Of a stretch of 42,809 bases of DNA, positions 38,544 through 42,809 are shown piece by piece. The stretch's first letter is position 1. Every line of letters starts with the position of its first letter. Origin of the DNA: an uncultured cyanobacterium (GTDB lineage: Bacteria; Cyanobacteriota; Cyanobacteriia; Leptolyngbyales; Leptolyngbyaceae); NCBI GenBank assembly GCA_963766075.1, contig CAVYAN010000073.1, positions 1-42,809 on the forward strand. Reading direction: 5' to 3'. The translations under genes were made by a program, and so were the position numbers. The notes under the pieces were generated by a model. That model did not search any database. It was not told the origin of the DNA and saw only the letters and a list, made by a program, of their open reading frames with translations.

Positions 38544-38714
38544 CTCGTCATGCTGGAGGAATCGTGGCGTGAAGCATAACTTGAGTAATGGCTTCAGAAC
38601 GCGGCAATTTAATTGCAAATGTAAATCTTTGCAACAGATGTGAGCACTTGTTGACGATAGTTGGTTAGTTTCTGTTGAGTCCCTTAATCTTGTGATAGGG
38701 TATGCAGTGAGTGT

Positions 38715-38810
38715 TTCAATTCGGTTTCAGTGTTTGTTCTCACACAGCAACAGCTTTGGCTCCGGGTTTAAGTTCTCCTCAATTTTCATGTTTTCCGGAG
38801 ATTTCTTTCC
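38715..38810 (+). promoter_or_regulatory. Cyanobacterial rbp-type 5' leader
   Basis: attcggtttcag and ttccggaga blocks resembling conserved rbp leader motifs. Confidence 0.5.
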
Positions 38811-39143
38811 ATGTCAATTTATATCGGCAATCTTGCCTACACGGTCACCGTAGAAGACCTTACAGGTGTCTTCGCAGAATACGGTGCGGTGAAGCGCGTT
38901 CAGCTTCCCATGGACCGTGAGACAAGTCGCCCCCGTGGTTTTGGTTTTGTCGAAATGGAGACCGACGCTGAAGAAACAGCGGCGATTGAAGCTTTAGACG
39001 GTGCTGAATGGATGGGACGCGACTTACGCGTTAACAAAGCGAGACCTCGTGAAGAGAGTCCTTCGGGTGGTGGCAATCGGGGTGGCGGTGGCCGGAATTT
39101 CTCTGGTGATGGCGATCGCGGCTATTCCAAGCGTTCCTGGTAG
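38811..39143 (+). CDS. RRM RNA-binding protein with Gly-rich tail (Rbp family)
   Basis: MSIYIGNL (RNP2), RGFGFVEM (RNP1), LDGAEWMGRDLRVNKARPRE. Confidence 0.95.
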   Translation: MSIYIGNLAYTVTVEDLTGVFAEYGAVKRVQLPMDRETSRPRGFGFVEMETDAEETAAIEALDGAEWMGRDLRVNKARPREESPSGGGNRGGGGRNFSGDGDRGYSKRSW

Positions 39144-39206
39144 TTCTCAGGCCGGATTCTTTGATTTTCAGAGCTTGATTGCTTAATCTGTATCCCTTGA
39201 ATCCTC

Positions 39207-39244
39207 CAGAAACCGAGCCTCTTTCCTGAGTCGCTCGGTTTCTG
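39207..39244 (+). terminator. Terminator-like hairpin between convergent rbp and peptidase genes
   Basis: cagaaaccgagc ... gctcggtttctg. Confidence 0.7.
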
Positions 39245-39308
39245 CGTATTATGTTCTCTGAGTTTTATTCAAGACAGCACGCCTTCCAGAATCGTGGTTT
39301 CGGGGAGG

Positions 39309-41495
39309 CTACTCCATGGCCAGGACCCGCACCAGAAAAGCCCAGCGATCGCTTGCTTCTTCAATAATTTTGGCGGTCGGCTTACCCGCGCCATGCCCCG
39401 CCTTGGTCTCGATGCGAATCAGGATTGGATTGTCCCCTTGCTGGGCTGCTTGTAGGGCTGCCGCAAATTTAAACTTATGGGCTGGCACAACGCGATCGTC
39501 ATGGTCTGCCGTCGTAATCAGTGTGGCGGGATAGGCTGTACCGGGTTTAATCCGATGCAACGGCGAATAGGCATAAAGGGTGGGGAATTCCTCGGCATTG
39601 TCAGAGGAACCGTACTCTGAAATCCACGCCCACCCGATGGTGAATTTATGAAAACGCAGCATGTCCAGTACTCCCACCGCTGGCAGCGCGGCCCCAAACA
39701 GGTCTGGCCGTTGCGTCATGCAAGCACCCACCAGCAGTCCACCATTGCTGCCGCCGGAAATAGCAAGCTTACTGGACTGCGTGTATCGTTGTGCAATCAG
39801 CCATTCCGCCGCTGCAATAAAGTCATCAAACACCGTTTGTTTTTTCAGTTTGGTGCCCGCTTGGTGCCAGTCTTCTCCATACTCGCCGCCACCGCGCAAA
39901 TTGGGCACGGCATAAACCCCACCCATTTCCATCCACACCAGATTACTGATCGAAAAACTGGGAGTCAGGGAGACATTAAAGCCGCCGTAGCCGTAGAGTA
40001 CGGTTGGGTTGTTGCCATTAAGACTGAGTCCCTTTTTGTGGGTGATGAACATGGGCACGGAGGTGCCGTCTTTGCTGCGGTAAAACACTTGCTTAGTTTC
40101 GTAGTCCGCAGGATTAAAAGCCACCTGAGGCTGGCGGAACAGCGTGCTATGCCCCGTGGTGAGATCATAGCGGTATAGGGTCGTGGGCGTTGTGAAACTG
40201 GTATAGCTGTAGAACGTTTCGGTATCCGTTGGTTTGCCACGGAAGCCGCCCACAGAGCCAAGGCCCGGAAGCTCGATCTCCCGCTGAAATTGACCATTTA
40301 AATCAAAGATTTTGACCTGATCGCGGGCATCTTTGAGGTAAGTGGCGACAAATTGGTGGTTGAGAATGGTGACGCCTTCTAGAGTTTCGGGGGCTTGGGG
40401 GATCAGCTCCTGGGGATGATTCGGCGTCGTGATGTCGATGCCAATCACTCGCCCGCGTGGTGCGTTGAGATCGGTACGGAACCAAAAGGTGGTGCGGGTG
40501 GTGTCCGTAAAATTGCCAATGAAGCTGTAGTCCGCCTCAAAGGTGCTGATCAGTTCCACTACGGGGGCGTTGGGCGTAGCCAGATCTTTGTAAAACAGCA
40601 GGTTGCGGGAATCGGTGCCTAGCCAGACTGAGATGATCAGGTAGCGCCCATCGTCGGTCACGTCTCCACTGAAGCCCCAGTCTTTTTGGTCCGATCGCTC
40701 GTAAATCAAAGCGTCATCGGTTTGGGAAGTGCCGAGGCGATGGTAATACAGCTTTTGGTAGTAGTTAACCTGCTCCAGCTTGGAGTGTTCATCGGGTTCG
40801 TCGTAGCGGGAATAGAAAAAGCCTTGGCTATCCTTGGTCCAGGCGGCTCCCGAAAATTTTACCCAGTTAATCTGATCGTCTAGATCTTGGCCTGTGGCGA
40901 TGTCGCGAATCTTCCAGGTTTGCCAGTCGGAGCCGGAGGTGGAGAGTCCATAGGCCAATAGGTTGCCATTGTCGCTGACGGCCATGCCAGACAGGGCGAC
41001 GGTGCCATCGGCAGAGAGGGTGTTGGGATCGAGCAAAAGGGTGGGAACGCTCTCCAGTGAAGGCTGGGTATAGAGCACGTTTTGGTTTTGCAGGCCGTCA
41101 TTTTTGAAATAGAAGTAGCGGTTACCCTGTTTGAACGGCGTAGTGTATTTTTCGTAGTTCCACAGGTGAGTGAGGCGCTGTTGCAGGCGATCGCGCGCTG
41201 GAATTTGCCGCAGATACCCAAAGGTGAGTTCATTCTGGGCGGCAATCCAGGCTTGGCTGGCGGGAGTGTCTGGATTTTCTAACCAGCGGTAAGGATCGGC
41301 AATGAGATGGCCATGATATTCATCCATCTGAGTGCCCGGAGGGCTGGCGGGATAGGTGAGGGCGACAGAAAACCTGGGCATGGCATAGGCAGGAATAGAC
41401 CACCCTCCATACTGCCAGACAAGCAGGAGCAGAGGGATGAAATAAGCGAAAAAAATTCGGATTTGCATAGCTTTGTAGCACACTGTGAATCGCAC
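39309..41495 (-). CDS. Prolyl oligopeptidase (S9A)
   Basis: DPYRWLE, YGYGGF, GGSNGG, DHDDRVVP, AGHG; true start may be downstream. Confidence 0.95.
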   Translation of the reverse strand: MRFTVCYKAMQIRIFFAYFIPLLLLVWQYGGWSIPAYAMPRFSVALTYPASPPGTQMDEYHGHLIADPYRWLENPDTPASQAWIAAQNELTFGYLRQIPARDRLQQRLTHLWNYEKYTTPFKQGNRYFYFKNDGLQNQNVLYTQPSLESVPTLLLDPNTLSADGTVALSGMAVSDNGNLLAYGLSTSGSDWQTWKIRDIATGQDLDDQINWVKFSGAAWTKDSQGFFYSRYDEPDEHSKLEQVNYYQKLYYHRLGTSQTDDALIYERSDQKDWGFSGDVTDDGRYLIISVWLGTDSRNLLFYKDLATPNAPVVELISTFEADYSFIGNFTDTTRTTFWFRTDLNAPRGRVIGIDITTPNHPQELIPQAPETLEGVTILNHQFVATYLKDARDQVKIFDLNGQFQREIELPGLGSVGGFRGKPTDTETFYSYTSFTTPTTLYRYDLTTGHSTLFRQPQVAFNPADYETKQVFYRSKDGTSVPMFITHKKGLSLNGNNPTVLYGYGGFNVSLTPSFSISNLVWMEMGGVYAVPNLRGGGEYGEDWHQAGTKLKKQTVFDDFIAAAEWLIAQRYTQSSKLAISGGSNGGLLVGACMTQRPDLFGAALPAVGVLDMLRFHKFTIGWAWISEYGSSDNAEEFPTLYAYSPLHRIKPGTAYPATLITTADHDDRVVPAHKFKFAAALQAAQQGDNPILIRIETKAGHGAGKPTAKIIEEASDRWAFLVRVLAME

Positions 41496-41607
41496 TGTGA
41501 AGAGATCAATTGTCCAACTACCTAGGGGTAGAAAAAGGGGATGGAATAAACTGCGTCTATATAAAATTTGATCTCGAAATTTTATTTCAACAGTAAAATA
41601 ATGAGCA

Positions 41608-41982
41608 TTAATGGCGATTGCGGGGCAGAGATCGGTCTGAATACGGATCGGTATTTAGGGGGAACTTACTATCCTTAAAGCAATCCTTAAAGTCATGACA
41701 TGCTTTATTCAAATCTAGAATATGCGAGGCATATAGGAGGGATACCTTCTCTCTGAGGTTCACGCTCCTTTCAGTGCTCTTCTGCATCAAAGCTTGAGAA
41801 AATCTTGAATTTTCTAATACCTCAATATGTTTTCTTTTAAAGAATCTGTGCCATTCCCGTGAACCTTGTGTGAAGATACTGCCGGGATTCTCAGTAGGGT
41901 GCGAAACTGATAGCCGCACTACATACTCTGTAAATTCAACACTAGGGCGAGGCGCTGGAAATTCTAGGCTTTTGGAGTCCAA
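41608..41982 (-). CDS. Possible AT-rich hypothetical protein
   Basis: 124-codon open frame in AT-rich DNA; TTG start; no recognised motif. Confidence 0.3.
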   Translation of the reverse strand: MDSKSLEFPAPRPSVEFTEYVVRLSVSHPTENPGSIFTQGSREWHRFFKRKHIEVLENSRFSQALMQKSTERSVNLREKVSLLYASHILDLNKACHDFKDCFKDSKFPLNTDPYSDRSLPRNRH

Positions 41983-42227
41983 GGGTGTAATTATTGCAAA
42001 CTTGACTCCTTTGGATTGAGGCTAGTGCTAATCAAGAAATCCCCATATACTGTGGGGTGGATTTCAGGTGACAGAGTGGGTTTTTCCTGCTTTGGATATT
42101 TTGATAGGCAATAGGCTTTTCCCAGAAATCCTTGGAATCTCGAGACAACTTCGCAATCCGGTGACTCGCAGAGTCTAAATCGTCCGTTGAAGCACTTTGT
42201 GTATTGTTATCTAGGAGATTCTGAGGT

Positions 42228-42809
42228 ATGGCGTTTGATTTTTCACAGGGGTTTAAAAAGCCGGATTTTAATGGAGATGGTAGCGCAGACTATTTATGGC
42301 GCAACGCTGAGACTGGAGCCATTGGCATTTGGTTAGGGAATGGGGCGTCCCTCAAAGGGTCGAGCACGCTATCGGTAACAGCACCAACTACGGCCATTAT
42401 TGAAACCGCCGACTTCGATGGTGATGGTAAGACCGATCTGTTTATCCGTGATCGTGCCACGGGTGCTAACCAGATTTTATTGATGGATGGTACAGCCATT
42501 AAGCAGACGTTAACTCTAATCAACGTACCTGTGACTGAAAATGGCTGGGACTATACTTTTGGAGACTTTAATAACGATAAAAAGACCGATTTCTTCTGGC
42601 GTAATAATACTTCTGGAGACACAGCCATTTGGCTAGATACGTCAGGTGGAGGACCCATCTTTAATATTCCGATTATTTGGATCGTTGATTTGACTGATTT
42701 CAATGGCGATGGACAAGTCGATTTGTTCTGGCGCAACGTGAACCAGCCCACAAGCGAAGCGACCTACGGACAAAATGCGATTTGGATCATGGATGGGCGG
42801 ACGGTTGTC
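42228..42809 (+). CDS. FG-GAP/VCBS repeat protein; runs off the window
   Basis: Manual translation: MAFDFSQGFKKPDFNGDGSADYLWRN...DFDGDGKTDLF...DFNNDKKTDFFWRN...DFNGDGQVDLFWRN. Confidence 0.9.
   Translation, partial: MAFDFSQGFKKPDFNGDGSADYLWRNAETGAIGIWLGNGASLKGSSTLSVTAPTTAIIETADFDGDGKTDLFIRDRATGANQILLMDGTAIKQTLTLINVPVTENGWDYTFGDFNNDKKTDFFWRNNTSGDTAIWLDTSGGGPIFNIPIIWIVDLTDFNGDGQVDLFWRNVNQPTSEATYGQNAIWIMDGRTVV

Larger units (their letters stand above)
1..42809. repeat. HIP1 octamer GCGATCGC dispersed through the window
   Basis: Many copies in coding and intergenic DNA (e.g. 209, 1031, 1132, 1179, 5461, 10272); not counted exactly. Confidence 0.95.

Noticed and set aside
1..42809. HIP1 abundance as a novel signal
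   Set aside because: Well-known cyanobacterial genome feature.

Overview
Cyanobacterial chromosomal window (abundant HIP1 GCGATCGC octamers; cyanobacterial-type rpoZ, sigA, rpmF, rbp). It is mostly housekeeping and conserved genes: succinate-semialdehyde dehydrogenase (partial), MarR, RdgB, GDSL hydrolase, rpoZ, sigA, deacetylase, methyltransferase, L32, Mini-III/RlmB, FAD oxidoreductase, a degenerate dihydroorotase, a two-domain histidine phosphatase, a CPBP protease, a Cu P-type ATPase, an FHA protein, tmk, an ABC ATPase, SLH and collagen-like proteins, an RRM protein, prolyl oligopeptidase and an FG-GAP protein (partial). Four genes (sigA, rlmB, Cu-ATPase, SLH) are frameshifted, most plausibly through assembly errors. 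I found no transposase, prophage, CRISPR array, tRNA or rRNA. The most notable items are: a probable 6S RNA with a small repeat-like insertion in one hairpin; a tandem pair of HEIGHxLGF metalloproteases sharing an ungapped upstream element, one with a duplicated start codon forming a micro-uORF; a repeat-rich disordered N-terminal extension on RlmB; a likely CTG start codon; and many short tandem duplications at gene boundaries. Nothing here clearly establishes a new multi-gene system. Family names are from recognition of the sequence, not from database searches.
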